64,000 nt of DNA, from positions 4,029-68,028 of the forward strand of contig JAZQJE010000031.1 of the NCBI GenBank assembly GCA_045541495.1, written 5' to 3'. This DNA comes from Acutalibacteraceae bacterium. Lineage in GTDB: Bacteria > Bacillota > Clostridia > Oscillospirales > Acutalibacteraceae. Below the pieces are notes generated by a model that saw nothing but the letters and a program-made list of their open reading frames with translations, was not told where the DNA came from and ran no database searches. Shown here in pieces: positions 9,451 to 18,446 of this stretch (within the stretch, counting starts at the first letter, position 1; every line of letters begins with the position of its first letter). The position numbers and the translations under genes were made by a program.

Positions 9451-10476
9451 TCACAACCATTCTTTCAGTGCGGCAATATCGGCTTCTGTGGTGGGCCAAC
9501 CGGTCACAAATCGCACTACGGTGCGATGTTCATCCAGTGGCTCCCAAACGGTAAAGCCAACCTTGTCTTTCAGTTGTTCCAGTTTTTGGTTATCCAACAC
9601 GACAAACTGTTGGTTGGTGGGGGAATTCAGATAGAACGAATACCCTTTTTCCGCAAATGCCGCTTTGAGCAACTGCGCCATGCGTAACACATGAGCGCCG
9701 ATCTGTTCATACAAGCCGTCGGTAAACAGAGCGTCGAACTGCACGCCTAACAACCGTCCTTTTGCCAACATCGCGCCGTGTTGCTTAACGATGGTATTAA
9801 AGTGGGCGGGCATATTTCCATGGGTAAACACCACAGCCTCTCCGCACAATGCCCCCACTTTGGTACCGCCGATGTAAAACACATCGCATAATCGCGCCAG
9901 ATCTTCCAAGGTCACGTCTGTCTCCTCGCTCATTAAGGCATAGGCCAACCGCGCGCCATCCACAAACAACGGAATATCATATTCCCAACAGACCATTGAA
10001 AGTGCTTCCAACTGGGCTTTGGTATATAACGTGCCGTATTCCGTGGGATGGGAAATGTATACCATGCCGGGGAATACCATATGGTCATAACTGCCGTCGG
10101 CATAAAAGGCTTGCAAATACGCGCGCACTTCGTCGGCATCCAGTCGTCCATCGTGATGAGGGAGTGCCAATACTTTATGACCTGTATATTCGATGGCACC
10201 CGCTTCGTGAGCATTGATATGTCCCGTTACGGCGGCAATAACGCCCTCATAGGAACGCAACAGAGAAGCGATCACCACTTGATTGGTCTGGGTACCGCCT
10301 GTGAGGAAATACACCTGCGCATCTTCACGGTTGCAGGCAGAGCAGATCTTTTGCGCGGCGCGGGCGCAGTATTCGTCCTCCCCATACCCCACCACCGTAT
10401 CGGCATTGGTATCGATGAGCCGTTGCAAAACGGCAGGATGCGCCCCGCAAGTGTAGTCGCTGATAAAGGATAGCAT
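9451..10476 (-). CDS. low-specificity threonine aldolase / beta-eliminating lyase family PLP enzyme
   Basis: N-terminus FISDYTCGAHPAVLQRL...GYGEDEYC and a GGTKVGA lysine motif are typical of the threonine aldolase family. 341 aa. Confidence 0.7.
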   Translation of the reverse strand: MLSFISDYTCGAHPAVLQRLIDTNADTVVGYGEDEYCARAAQKICSACNREDAQVYFLTGGTQTNQVVIASLLRSYEGVIAAVTGHINAHEAGAIEYTGHKVLALPHHDGRLDADEVRAYLQAFYADGSYDHMVFPGMVYISHPTEYGTLYTKAQLEALSMVCWEYDIPLFVDGARLAYALMSEETDVTLEDLARLCDVFYIGGTKVGALCGEAVVFTHGNMPAHFNTIVKQHGAMLAKGRLLGVQFDALFTDGLYEQIGAHVLRMAQLLKAAFAEKGYSFYLNSPTNQQFVVLDNQKLEQLKDKVGFTVWEPLDEHRTVVRFVTGWPTTEADIAALKEWL

Positions 10477-10478
10477 GG

Positions 10479-10883
10479 TTAGTCCTCCCGTGTATTTTCT
10501 TGGTGGTAATACACCACAAATTTACAGAATAGAAATTCGGTGACAAAATTGGCAAGCATGGTTACCGCCAAAATCACATATTCGTTAATGTCCGCTTTAT
10601 CGGCAAGATTCCCCAGCCAAGTGGACAAGGGCGTAAACACCAGATAAAAGCCGAATACTTTCGCCATGGCGACGGGAATATTGGCCGCCGAACGGAACGT
10701 ATACCGCCGATTAAAGGTGAAATTCCAAACGATGGACAAGATCAGCGAAACCAAATACGCCGGCCAGTACCACCATTGTAACAATTCGTTGAACAGCGCA
10801 AAACTAACCACTTGGATGATTCCCGCGGATAGGGAAAATAACGTGAATTTGACCGCTTGAAGTAACGGCTCTTTTTTAGACAT
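10479..10883 (-). CDS. GtrA family membrane protein
   Basis: 134 aa, 4 TM helices, with FTFNRRYTF motifs characteristic of GtrA-like proteins. Confidence 0.8.
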   Translation of the reverse strand: MSKKEPLLQAVKFTLFSLSAGIIQVVSFALFNELLQWWYWPAYLVSLILSIVWNFTFNRRYTFRSAANIPVAMAKVFGFYLVFTPLSTWLGNLADKADINEYVILAVTMLANFVTEFLFCKFVVYYHQENTRED

Positions 10884-10942
10884 AACGCTCCCTCCATCCT
10901 CTAACTATCCCCCAGTATACCGCACAATCGCCCGTTTTTCAA

Positions 10943-10975
10943 CAAAAAAGAGACGGAATACGATGTTCCGCCTCT
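10943..10975 (-). terminator. intrinsic terminator after the amidohydrolase gene
   Basis: Minus strand reads GAGGCGGAA-catcgta-TTCCGTCTC followed by TTTTTTG. Confidence 0.7.
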
Positions 10976-10981
10976 TTTTTA

Positions 10982-11773
10982 TCATAAATTCAATAGTGTT
11001 TTGGCATTTTGGTAACAAATTTTATTGCGCTCGTCATCGCTTAACGATAAGGTGTCCAGCAACCGTTTTTCCATATCTGCCGTGTGCCACGGGGAATCCG
11101 TGCCGAACAACAACCGCTCGACGCCGTGTTTTTCGAGAATGGCTTCGGCATAATATTTGGGCATATTTCCGTAACCAAAGGAAATGTCAAACCAAATATC
11201 CTGTCCGCATAATTTGTCCAGCACTCCGTCGCCACAGGCCATACCGCCCCAATGGGCTGCCACTACGGGCGCATCAAACCAGGTAAGCGCGGTTGCCAAT
11301 TTTTCGGGTGTCGCACCGTAGGGCGGCGCGAAACCGTAATCCAGACCCGCGTGAAACACCGTGATAAGGCCCAGTTCCGATATTTTGCGGTAAAGGGGTT
11401 TTAACCGTAGGTCGTCTACCGCAAATCCTTGATAATCGGGGTGCAATTTTACGCCTTTCAAACCCAGTTCCTTGATCCGTTCTAACTCTTCAAAGGCCTC
11501 TTCACTGTAGGGGAAGACCGAGCCGAACGCGATAATATCCTGTCCGTTGTTGATGGACGCGGCAAAATCGTTGACACTCTTTTGTTGATGGGCATTGGTG
11601 GCAATATTTAATACCACCGACACATCGACCCCATCACGAGCCATGTTGGCCCGCAAACCCGCCACCGTACCGTCAGTATACGGTTGCAAGCCTCCCGATA
11701 CGAACGATAACTTTTGTATCGCCTTTTCCGCAATCTTATCGGGAAAACAATGAGTATGAAAATCAATTACCAT
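10982..11773 (-). CDS. amidohydrolase-2 (metal-dependent hydrolase) family protein
   Basis: MVIDFHTHCFPDKIA N-terminal HxH metal motif and TIM-barrel hydrolase-like length. GAGGTG RBS. Confidence 0.7.
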   Translation of the reverse strand: MVIDFHTHCFPDKIAEKAIQKLSFVSGGLQPYTDGTVAGLRANMARDGVDVSVVLNIATNAHQQKSVNDFAASINNGQDIIAFGSVFPYSEEAFEELERIKELGLKGVKLHPDYQGFAVDDLRLKPLYRKISELGLITVFHAGLDYGFAPPYGATPEKLATALTWFDAPVVAAHWGGMACGDGVLDKLCGQDIWFDISFGYGNMPKYYAEAILEKHGVERLLFGTDSPWHTADMEKRLLDTLSLSDDERNKICYQNAKTLLNL

Positions 11774-11825
11774 GGGTGAACACCTCAGGGTCTATTGTAA
11801 GGCTTTTTGAGGTAACTGTCAACGG

Positions 11826-12041
11826 CTATATCACAGGATATCCCGCTTGCGCCAAGGCTTTTGTCAACGTGTCCACCGTCGTTTGATCAGCGCGATAGGT
11901 CACCGCCGCCACCGCGCGATTATCTACCACTGCCGACCGCACGCCTTTCTGGCTGCGCAAGAGTTGTGTGGCCGCTTTGCGGGAGGCCGCGTCGGTGACA
12001 CCGCCCAATTGCATCGTGATGGCTTCCGGTTTTGTCATCAT
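11826..12041 (-). CDS. small HMA-fold-like protein lacking the CxxC metal site
   Basis: MMTKPEAITMQLGGVTDAASRKAATQLL...VRSAVVDNRAVAAVTYR...LTKALAQAGYPVI follows the ferredoxin-like HMA pattern, but GMTCxxC is replaced by GVTDAAS. The ORF-track start at 12116 would overlap cysS, so the internal ATG at 12041 is used. Confidence 0.4.
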   Translation of the reverse strand: MMTKPEAITMQLGGVTDAASRKAATQLLRSQKGVRSAVVDNRAVAAVTYRADQTTVDTLTKALAQAGYPVI

Positions 12042-12088
12042 AAAAAAGACACCCTTTCCCGATGATCGTATCGGCAATAGGGTGTCCT
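12042..12088 (-). terminator. intrinsic terminator after cysS
   Basis: Minus strand reads GACACCCT-N23 (with nested CCGAT/ATCGG)-AGGGTGTC followed by TTTTTT. It starts 13 nt after the cysS stop. Confidence 0.65.
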
Positions 12089-12100
12089 TTTTCCGGATAA

Positions 12101-13495
12101 TTATACGCGATGCCATTTGGGGCCTTGAGCGGTATCTTCCACCACGATCCCGCGGGCTTTCAGCTCGTCGCGGATACGGTCGGATTCCGCCCAGTTTTTG
12201 GCGGCGCGGGCGGCGGTACGGGCGGCAATCAAGTCTTCAATGTCGCTGTCGTCTTCGCCGTCTTGGCGACTGTATAATAGTCCCAGCACATCCGCCAATT
12301 CATTAAAGGCTAAAAGCGCCGCTTCGCAACTGCCTTTGGTGGGCATTCCTGCTGCCAATAATCGGTTGCAGTCTTTCGCCAACTCAAACAGTGCCGCAAT
12401 ACCGTCGGCGGTGTTGAGATCATCGTCCATAGCGGCGATAAATTGTTCCCGACGGGCATCGCAAAAAGCGATGACCGCTTCGTCTGCTTCGCCGTCGGCA
12501 GCATTTTTCAGTGCAAACTCCAAAGCACCGCGGCAATTGTATAACCGTTCCAAAGCGGCTTTTGCCTGTTCGATGATCTCGGTGTTGTAGTTGATGGGAC
12601 TGCGATAGGACGAGGAAATGAGGAAATATCGAATGGGCTCGTATCCGTATTCGTTCGCTACGTCCCGCACCGTAAAGAAATTGCCCAAGGACTTGGACAT
12701 TTTCTTGTTATCCACATTGATATAACCGTTGTGCATCCAGTAGCGGGCAAAGGGAACGCCGTTGCAACATTCGCTTTGGGCCACTTCGTTTTCGTGGTGA
12801 GGAAAGATCAGATCTTGCCCGCCGCAATGGATGTCGATGGACGGTCCCAAATACCGTCGCGCCATGGCGGAACATTCGATGTGCCAACCGGGGCGGCCGT
12901 TGCTCCAGGGGGATTCCCAGTAAGGCTCGCCTTCTTTGGCGGCCTTCCACAAAGCGAAATCCAATGCATCTTCTTTTTGTTCGCCAACGCTGATGCGGGC
13001 GCCGGATTCTAAATCATCAATAGGTTGATGGGACAGTTTGCCATATCCCGCATCTCGACGGGTACGGAAATACACGTCGCCGTTTTCCGCTCGATAAGCA
13101 TAGCCTTTTTCTTCCAAGGTGCGCACGATATCGATAATCTCCGCCATGTTTTCGGTGGCACGGGGATGCACGGTGGCTTCCCGCACGCCCAGTCCTTTAG
13201 CATCGGTCCAAAATTCCTCAATATACCGTTGGGCAATCACATCGTAGGTGGTGTTTTCCTCGTTGGCGCGACGAATGATCTTGTCGTCGATATCCGTAAA
13301 GTTTTGTATAAACCGCACCTCGTATCCCCGCCATTCCAAATAGCGGCGCAACACGTCAAACACGCACAACGGACGGGCGTTGCCGATATGAATGTAGTTA
13401 TACACCGTGGGACCGCAAGCATAAATGCGCACCACACCCGGTTCTATCGTTTGCAGTTCTTCCTTTTCACGCGCCATGGTATTGTAGATTTTCAT
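12101..13495 (-). CDS. cysS: cysteine--tRNA ligase
   Basis: Class I aaRS motifs HIGNA and KMSKS, with full-length CysRS-like sequence (464 aa). The ATG overlaps the cysE stop (ATGA). Confidence 0.95.
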   Translation of the reverse strand: MKIYNTMAREKEELQTIEPGVVRIYACGPTVYNYIHIGNARPLCVFDVLRRYLEWRGYEVRFIQNFTDIDDKIIRRANEENTTYDVIAQRYIEEFWTDAKGLGVREATVHPRATENMAEIIDIVRTLEEKGYAYRAENGDVYFRTRRDAGYGKLSHQPIDDLESGARISVGEQKEDALDFALWKAAKEGEPYWESPWSNGRPGWHIECSAMARRYLGPSIDIHCGGQDLIFPHHENEVAQSECCNGVPFARYWMHNGYINVDNKKMSKSLGNFFTVRDVANEYGYEPIRYFLISSSYRSPINYNTEIIEQAKAALERLYNCRGALEFALKNAADGEADEAVIAFCDARREQFIAAMDDDLNTADGIAALFELAKDCNRLLAAGMPTKGSCEAALLAFNELADVLGLLYSRQDGEDDSDIEDLIAARTAARAAKNWAESDRIRDELKARGIVVEDTAQGPKWHRV

Positions 13496-14133
13496 GACTG
13501 TTCCTCCGTTGATACATTCAACCGCTTTTTTAAAGCGGTAATTTCTTTTTCCAACCGTTTCAGTTCTTGGGAGATGGGATCGGGAATGTGCACCTGATCC
13601 AGTTCCGCAATCTTTTCTCCTTTGCGCCGTACCACACGGGCGGGCACGCCCACGGCGGTGGAGTCAGCGGGGATGTTCTGCAACACCACCGCGCCGGCGG
13701 CGATACGGACATTGTCTTCAATGGTGATAGGACCCAGTACTTTCGCGCCCGCCCCCACCATCACGTGATTACCCAACGTGGGATGACGTTTGCCTTTATC
13801 TTTTCCCGTGCCGCCCAAGGTTACCCCTTGATAAATGGTGCAATCGTCACCAATGATGGTGGTTTCTCCGACCACTACACCCGTACCGTGGTCGATGAAT
13901 AATCGTCGGCCGATGGTGGCGGCGGGGTGGATTTCAATTCCTGTGCGACGCACGCACCGTTGGGACAAAAAGCGCGCTAAAAATTTTAGGTTGTGATGAT
14001 AACACCAATGGGCTTTGCGATGTGACCGCACCGCCTTATAGCCGTTATACAGCAACATGATCTCCAAAGACGAACGGGCGGCGGGGTCCCGCTCGCGGAT
14101 GACGGCGATGTCTTCGCGCATTCGTTCAAACAT
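13492..14133 (-). CDS. cysE: serine O-acetyltransferase
   Basis: N-terminus MFERMREDIAVIRERDPAA plus hexapeptide repeats (GTGVVVGETTIIGDDCTIYQGVTLGG). GGGAGGAA RBS lies before the ATG at 14133. The ORF-track extension to 14223 lies in the T-box leader. Confidence 0.9.
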   Translation of the reverse strand: MFERMREDIAVIRERDPAARSSLEIMLLYNGYKAVRSHRKAHWCYHHNLKFLARFLSQRCVRRTGIEIHPAATIGRRLFIDHGTGVVVGETTIIGDDCTIYQGVTLGGTGKDKGKRHPTLGNHVMVGAGAKVLGPITIEDNVRIAAGAVVLQNIPADSTAVGVPARVVRRKGEKIAELDQVHIPDPISQELKRLEKEITALKKRLNVSTEEQS

Positions 14134-14149
14134 GCAATTCCTCCCAAAC

Positions 14150-14390
14150 AACGAAATAAAAGCACCTTCCCCGCGCACAGCGCGACGAAGGTGCTTAAAG
14201 CACGGTTCCACTTCGTATTTCACTCAAAGATCGGTAACGGTGATCGGCCGAACAGGGATACTATACTTCCCCCTGCCTGCTCGCGGGTGCATTTCGCCGT
14301 GCCGCCGCCAAACGCGCTTTCAGCCGATGACGCGTTCTCTCTGATGCGGAGGTGGACGGGTACTTTTCCCGTTCATCGCATTTCAACTTA
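14150..14390 (-). promoter_or_regulatory. T-box riboswitch leader, cysteine-specific (TGC specifier)
   Basis: Minus-strand elements in order: TGCGATGAACGGGAAAAGTA (stem I GA motif), AGAGAG box, specifier loop GAAA-TGC-A (TGC at 14291-14289), T-box core AAGTGGAACCGTGC, then terminator AGCACCTTC...GAAGGTGCT plus TTTTATTT (14152-14196). Confidence 0.85.
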
Positions 14391-14397
14391 CATTATT

Positions 14398-14425
14398 ATT
14401 ATAGCAGACTTTTCGAAAATGTCTA
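14398..14425 (-). promoter_or_regulatory. promoter driving the T-box/cysE-cysS operon
   Basis: Minus strand reads TAGACA (14425-14420), 16 nt spacer, TATAAT (14403-14398), immediately after the pgsA stop. Confidence 0.45.
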
Positions 14426-14429
14426 CACT

Positions 14430-15020
14430 TTATTTATCGTGAATAAAATACTCCCGATTGAGCCACACGTATTCCGCGCCGGCGATCACCGTCAGTACCA
14501 CGGATATCCAGATGAGCACTTCGCCCACTATGACAGGGACAGAGAACACGGCAGCGGGCAGCGCAAAGGCCGATAACAGTCCCGTTTGCCATGTGGAAAA
14601 TTCCAAAGCGGTCAGCGTATAGATGATGGCAATAAACTGCGCTACCGTTTTGGTCTTGCCCCACATACTGGCGGCGATCACTTTGCCGTCCTTGGCGGCA
14701 ATTAACCGCACGGACGTCACCATAAATTCACGGGTCAACACCAGCATCAGTGCCCACACATCCATACAACCTCGTTCCAAAAACAGTAAAAAGGCGGCGG
14801 TGGTGAGCATTTTATCTGCCAACGGATCCAAAAATTTACCGAAATTGGTGATGAGTCCTCTGGCGCGGGCGATTTTGCCGTCAAACATATCCGTTAAAGC
14901 GGCGGCTATGAATACCACCAAAGATACGGCGTAATGGAAGGGAAATTCCACCATCGCCAACAGCAAAAACAGCGGTGCTAACACAATGCGAAGCACCGTT
15001 AATTTGTTTGGTAAATTCAT
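14430..15020 (-). CDS. pgsA: CDP-diacylglycerol--glycerol-3-phosphate 3-phosphatidyltransferase
   Basis: MNLPNKLTVLRIVLAPLFLLL N-terminus and the CDP-alcohol transferase motif DGKIARARGLITNFGKFLDPLADK. The ATG at 15020 overlaps the rimO stop (ATGA). The longer ORF-track frame overlaps rimO and is rejected. Confidence 0.9.
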   Translation of the reverse strand: MNLPNKLTVLRIVLAPLFLLLAMVEFPFHYAVSLVVFIAAALTDMFDGKIARARGLITNFGKFLDPLADKMLTTAAFLLFLERGCMDVWALMLVLTREFMVTSVRLIAAKDGKVIAASMWGKTKTVAQFIAIIYTLTALEFSTWQTGLLSAFALPAAVFSVPVIVGEVLIWISVVLTVIAGAEYVWLNREYFIHDK

Positions 15021-16342
15021 ACTCGTTCCCCCAATAGATCCCAGTCCATACAATCGGTGATCCTCACCTGCACAAAGTCGCCGGGGACCACCCGCGTTTT
15101 GGTGGTAAAGAACACCTTGGTATCGATATCCGGCGCATCGGCATAGGTGCGGCCAAACCAACATTCCGCATAGCGGTCGAAGGATTCCACCAACACTTCC
15201 ACGGTTTTGCCGATCTGTGCTTCGTTGTACTGGGCGGCGATGCGCTCTTGCCCTTGCATCACGATATCCCGCCGACGGTTTTTCACCTTTTCCGATACTT
15301 GATCGGGCAGGTCGGCAGCTACCGTTCCCTCTTCGGGGGAATAGGCAAAACAACCCAGTCGCTCAAAGCGCGCCTCTTTTAAAAATTTGCAAAGTTCGTT
15401 AAAGTCCTCTTTGGTCTCACCGGGGAAGCCCACCATTACCGTGGTGCGCAACACCACATCGGGAAGGGTGCGGCGGATACGGGCCATCAGTTCCGTCAAC
15501 GTTTGACGGTCGCCGGCCCGATTCATACGGCTGAGCACCAACCCGCTGGCATGCTGGATGGGAATGTCCAAATAGTTGACCACTTTTTCCTGTCGGGCGA
15601 TGGTGTCCAAGAGCTCGTCGGTGATATGTTCAGGATAGCAATACAACAAGCGAATCCAATGCAGATCCTCAATTTCGCATAAACGGTCCAGTAATTCGGG
15701 TAATAACGACCGTCCTGCCGTATCGGTACCATACAAGGTGGTGTCCTGCGCCACCAATACCAGTTCCCGCACGCCGTTTTGTACCAATTCTTTCGCTTCC
15801 GCCACCACGGTTTCCAAGTCGCGGCTGCGAAGTTTGCCGCGAATCAGCGGAATGGCACAGTAGGTGCAACAGTTGTTACACCCGTCCCCCACCCGCAGAT
15901 AGGCAAAAAAGTCGGGCGTGGTTTGTAAACGGTCGCCGTCCAGACACCAACCCTCCAATGACGGAAAGGTTTTGACGGTTTCTCCCGCCATCACGGCGTT
16001 TATCGTTTCCACAATATCGCCGTTGGCGCCAAGACCCAGCACCGCGTCACACTCGGGCAGTTCCCGACACAGTTCGTCCTTGTACCGTTGGGCCAAGCAC
16101 CCCGTTACGATGATCTTTTTAATGCGGCCCTCTTCTTTAAGTTTGGCAAATTCCAAAATATTTTCAATGGCCTCCTGTTTGGCATCCCCGATAAAGCCGC
16201 AGGTGTTCACAATAACCACCTCGGCAAGCCCGCTTTCGGGAGTAATGGTCATACCCGCCGCTTGCAGTTTGGCCAGCATCAATTCGGCATCCATCTGATT
16301 TTTCGGGCAGCCAAGGGATACCATTCCCACTTTAATTCCCAT
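15017..16342 (-). CDS. rimO: ribosomal protein S12 methylthiotransferase
   Basis: N-terminus [20 protein letters not shown], radical-SAM CNNCCTYC motif and a C-terminal TRAM domain. GAGGAA RBS lies 8 nt before the ATG at 16342. It overlaps the recX end by 11 nt. Confidence 0.9.
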   Translation of the reverse strand: MGIKVGMVSLGCPKNQMDAELMLAKLQAAGMTITPESGLAEVVIVNTCGFIGDAKQEAIENILEFAKLKEEGRIKKIIVTGCLAQRYKDELCRELPECDAVLGLGANGDIVETINAVMAGETVKTFPSLEGWCLDGDRLQTTPDFFAYLRVGDGCNNCCTYCAIPLIRGKLRSRDLETVVAEAKELVQNGVRELVLVAQDTTLYGTDTAGRSLLPELLDRLCEIEDLHWIRLLYCYPEHITDELLDTIARQEKVVNYLDIPIQHASGLVLSRMNRAGDRQTLTELMARIRRTLPDVVLRTTVMVGFPGETKEDFNELCKFLKEARFERLGCFAYSPEEGTVAADLPDQVSEKVKNRRRDIVMQGQERIAAQYNEAQIGKTVEVLVESFDRYAECWFGRTYADAPDIDTKVFFTTKTRVVPGDFVQVRITDCMDWDLLGERV

Positions 16343-16973
16343 GTTCTTGTTCCTCATTTTCCCATAGGGTGAAGGCGCGGCGAATATCTTCGCCGGAAAA
16401 GCCGTAGCGACCCAGTGCCGCGGCGATCTTTTCCGCCTCTTCTCTACTGCTTGGGATATTATATCGTTTTTTTCGCAGGAATTCAAGTGCCAGTTGCGTA
16501 TCATCCAGATCTAAGTCTTCCACCGCCAGTCTGGCCGTCTCCCGCGCGATCCCTCTTTCGCACAACTTCTCCACTGCGCGGCGGGCGGGGTATAACCGCC
16601 CCTCTTGATACTGCCGCGCCAAACGAGCGGCGTAGGCGCTGTCGTTTACATACCCCAATTCTTCCATATAGGCGGCGGCTTCGGCGGCACAGTCACGGCG
16701 ATCGGCGTGATAGCGGCCTTTTTCGCGACACAGTTTTTGTTCCAATTCCTTGCGGGAGTAATCCCGCCGCGACAATAAAAACACCGCTTTGTCACGGGCG
16801 CGGTCACGTGCCGATTGTTCACACAGTGCCTCTATCTGTTCCCACGACAAAAAGGAGTCCACCCCGTAGGGGGACTCCTCCCAAGTACGTTTATCCAACA
16901 CGATCTCGTTGCCATCGTCGGTCATAACGGCTACTTGATGCCCTCGACGGCGGTGAACGTCCGTCACTCTCAT
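16332..16973 (-). CDS. recX: recombination regulator RecX
   Basis: Three-repeat helical RecX-like sequence ([14 protein letters not shown]...), located immediately downstream of recA and overlapping it by 4 nt. Confidence 0.85.
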   Translation of the reverse strand: MRVTDVHRRRGHQVAVMTDDGNEIVLDKRTWEESPYGVDSFLSWEQIEALCEQSARDRARDKAVFLLSRRDYSRKELEQKLCREKGRYHADRRDCAAEAAAYMEELGYVNDSAYAARLARQYQEGRLYPARRAVEKLCERGIARETARLAVEDLDLDDTQLALEFLRKKRYNIPSSREEAEKIAAALGRYGFSGEDIRRAFTLWENEEQEHGN

Positions 16974-18118
16974 TCGTCATCCACCACGATGTCGATCTTC
17001 GCACGGGCGGTACTGGCGGTATATTGCACGGCGGATTCCAGCGGGATCTCCACCGGCGCAGGGGCAGGTGCCGCTTCTTGCGCGGTTTCTTGTTCTTTGG
17101 CGATGGCCGCCATTACCAAGGTTTCTACTTCTTTTTGAAGGTCGGGATTGGCTTTCAAGTAATCCTTGATGTTATCGCGGCCTTGTCCCAACCGATTTTC
17201 TTTATACGAGAACCAAGAACCCGATTTCTGAATGATATCGAATTTGATAGCCAGATCCAGTAGTTCCCCTTCGCGGGAAATGCCTTTTCCGTAGAACATA
17301 TCGAATTCCGCTTCTTTAAAGGGCGGGGCTACTTTGTTTTTCACCACACGCACACGGGTGTGAGAACCCACCGGCTCGCCTCCCACCTTTAAGGTTTCGG
17401 TGCGGCGAACATCCAACCGCACGGAGGCGTAATATTTCAGCGCGTTACCACCGGCAGTCACTTCGGGATTGCCGTAAATAACACCCACTTTTAAGCGCAA
17501 TTGATTGATGAAGATGGCGACACAACCCGTCTTGCCCACCGTACCCGCCAATTTCCGCATGGCTTGGGACATAAGACGTGCTTGCAGACCCACATGGGCA
17601 TCGCCCATCTCCCCTTCGATCTCTTGACGGGGAACCAGTGCTGCTACCGAGTCCACCACCACCACGTCCAGAGCACCCGAACGAATGAGGGCTTCCGCGA
17701 TCTCCAGCGCTTGTTCACCCGTATCAGGTTGGGATACCAGCAAGGAATCCACATCCACGCCCAAGGCGCGGGCATACACGGGATCCAGCGCGTGCTCCAC
17801 GTCGATAAATGCAGCTTCGCCGCCTTTTTTTTGGGCTTCGGCAATGGCGTGCAACGCCAACGTGGTTTTACCGGAGGCTTCCGGCCCGTAGATCTCCACA
17901 ATACGGCCGCGGGGCAGACCGCCCACGCCCAGTGCCAGATCCAGCGTTAACGAACCGGTGGGGATCACTTCCACATTCATACTGCTGTTTTGGCCCAGAC
18001 GCATAATAGCGCCCTTCCCGTAGGCCTTTTCAATTTGGGACAGCGCCGCTTGCAACGCCTTTTGCTTATCGGTGGGAGCGGCCGTTGCCGCCGCGGGTTT
18101 CTTTTTCGTATCCGCCAT
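16970..18118 (-). CDS. recA: recombinase RecA
   Basis: Walker [15 protein letters not shown]1/L2 regions and full-length RecA similarity. The acidic/Pro-Ala-rich C-terminal tail is about 30 aa longer than usual. Confidence 0.97.
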   Translation of the reverse strand: MADTKKKPAAATAAPTDKQKALQAALSQIEKAYGKGAIMRLGQNSSMNVEVIPTGSLTLDLALGVGGLPRGRIVEIYGPEASGKTTLALHAIAEAQKKGGEAAFIDVEHALDPVYARALGVDVDSLLVSQPDTGEQALEIAEALIRSGALDVVVVDSVAALVPRQEIEGEMGDAHVGLQARLMSQAMRKLAGTVGKTGCVAIFINQLRLKVGVIYGNPEVTAGGNALKYYASVRLDVRRTETLKVGGEPVGSHTRVRVVKNKVAPPFKEAEFDMFYGKGISREGELLDLAIKFDIIQKSGSWFSYKENRLGQGRDNIKDYLKANPDLQKEVETLVMAAIAKEQETAQEAAPAPAPVEIPLESAVQYTASTARAKIDIVVDDE

Positions 18119-18174
18119 GTTCGTTTCCTCTTTTCACTGTCGTTTTTTCATCATTCATCAGTCACATTGACTAT

Positions 18175-18203
18175 AGTATACTATACCGAAACGGGAAAAT
18201 CAA
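18175..18203 (-). promoter_or_regulatory. recA promoter
   Basis: Minus strand reads TTGATT (18203-18198), 17 nt spacer, TATACT (18180-18175). Confidence 0.5.
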
Positions 18204-18221
18204 GGGAAAAACGCAAAAAAT

Positions 18222-18235
18222 CGAACGAATGTTCG
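18222..18235. promoter_or_regulatory. LexA (DinR) SOS/Cheo box
   Basis: Palindrome CGAACGAATGTTCG matches the Gram-positive consensus CGAACRNRYGTTCG. It lies 18 nt upstream of the recA -35. Confidence 0.75.
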
Positions 18236-18250
18236 TATTTTTTACACAAA

Positions 18251-18285
18251 ACAAGGGTGTAGATCCTCTCTACACCCTGTTTTTG
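18251..18285 (-). terminator. intrinsic terminator after the feo operon
   Basis: Minus strand reads AGGGTGTAGA-gagga-TCTACACCCT followed by TGTTTTGTG. Confidence 0.7.
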
Positions 18286-18444
18286 TTATTTTTCAGTTTC
18301 ATCACCGTGATTACAGTGACCGCCGCATTGTTTGGCATAAGGGCAACCAATACAGGTTTCTCCCCGCTTCTTGGACTTGTATAGATACGCGACGATCCCG
18401 CCGACGATGGCCAATACGATGGCAATGATGATGTAGTCTTCCAT
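18286..18444 (-). CDS. FeoB-associated Cys-rich small membrane protein (52 aa)
   Basis: Not in the ORF track (<60 aa). Manual translation gives MEDYIIIAIVLAIVGGIVAYLYKSKKRGETCIGCPYAKQCGGHCNHGDETEK: one TM helix plus a CxxC...C...C tail. The ATG is 2 nt after the feoB stop. Confidence 0.75.
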   Translation of the reverse strand: MEDYIIIAIVLAIVGGIVAYLYKSKKRGETCIGCPYAKQCGGHCNHGDETEK

Positions 18445-18446
18445 AC

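Noticed and set aside
14134-14223. N-terminal 30-aa extension of cysE (MKYEVEPCFKHLRRAVRGEG...)
   Set aside because: This stretch is the T-box motif and terminator of the leader RNA. The RBS (GGGAGGAA) precedes the internal ATG at 14133.
15021-15353. N-terminal 111-aa extension of the pgsA ORF (ORF track 14430-15353)
   Set aside because: The extension overlaps the 3' end of rimO in another frame and is Arg/Gly-rich nonsense. The ATG at 15020 gives the canonical PgsA N-terminus and an ATGA overlap with the rimO stop.
16970-17060. Unusually long RecA C-terminal tail as a possible fused domain
   Set aside because: The extra residues (roughly 30) are a low-complexity Pro/Ala/acidic tail, consistent with the variable regulatory C-terminus of RecA. 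There is no separate domain signature.
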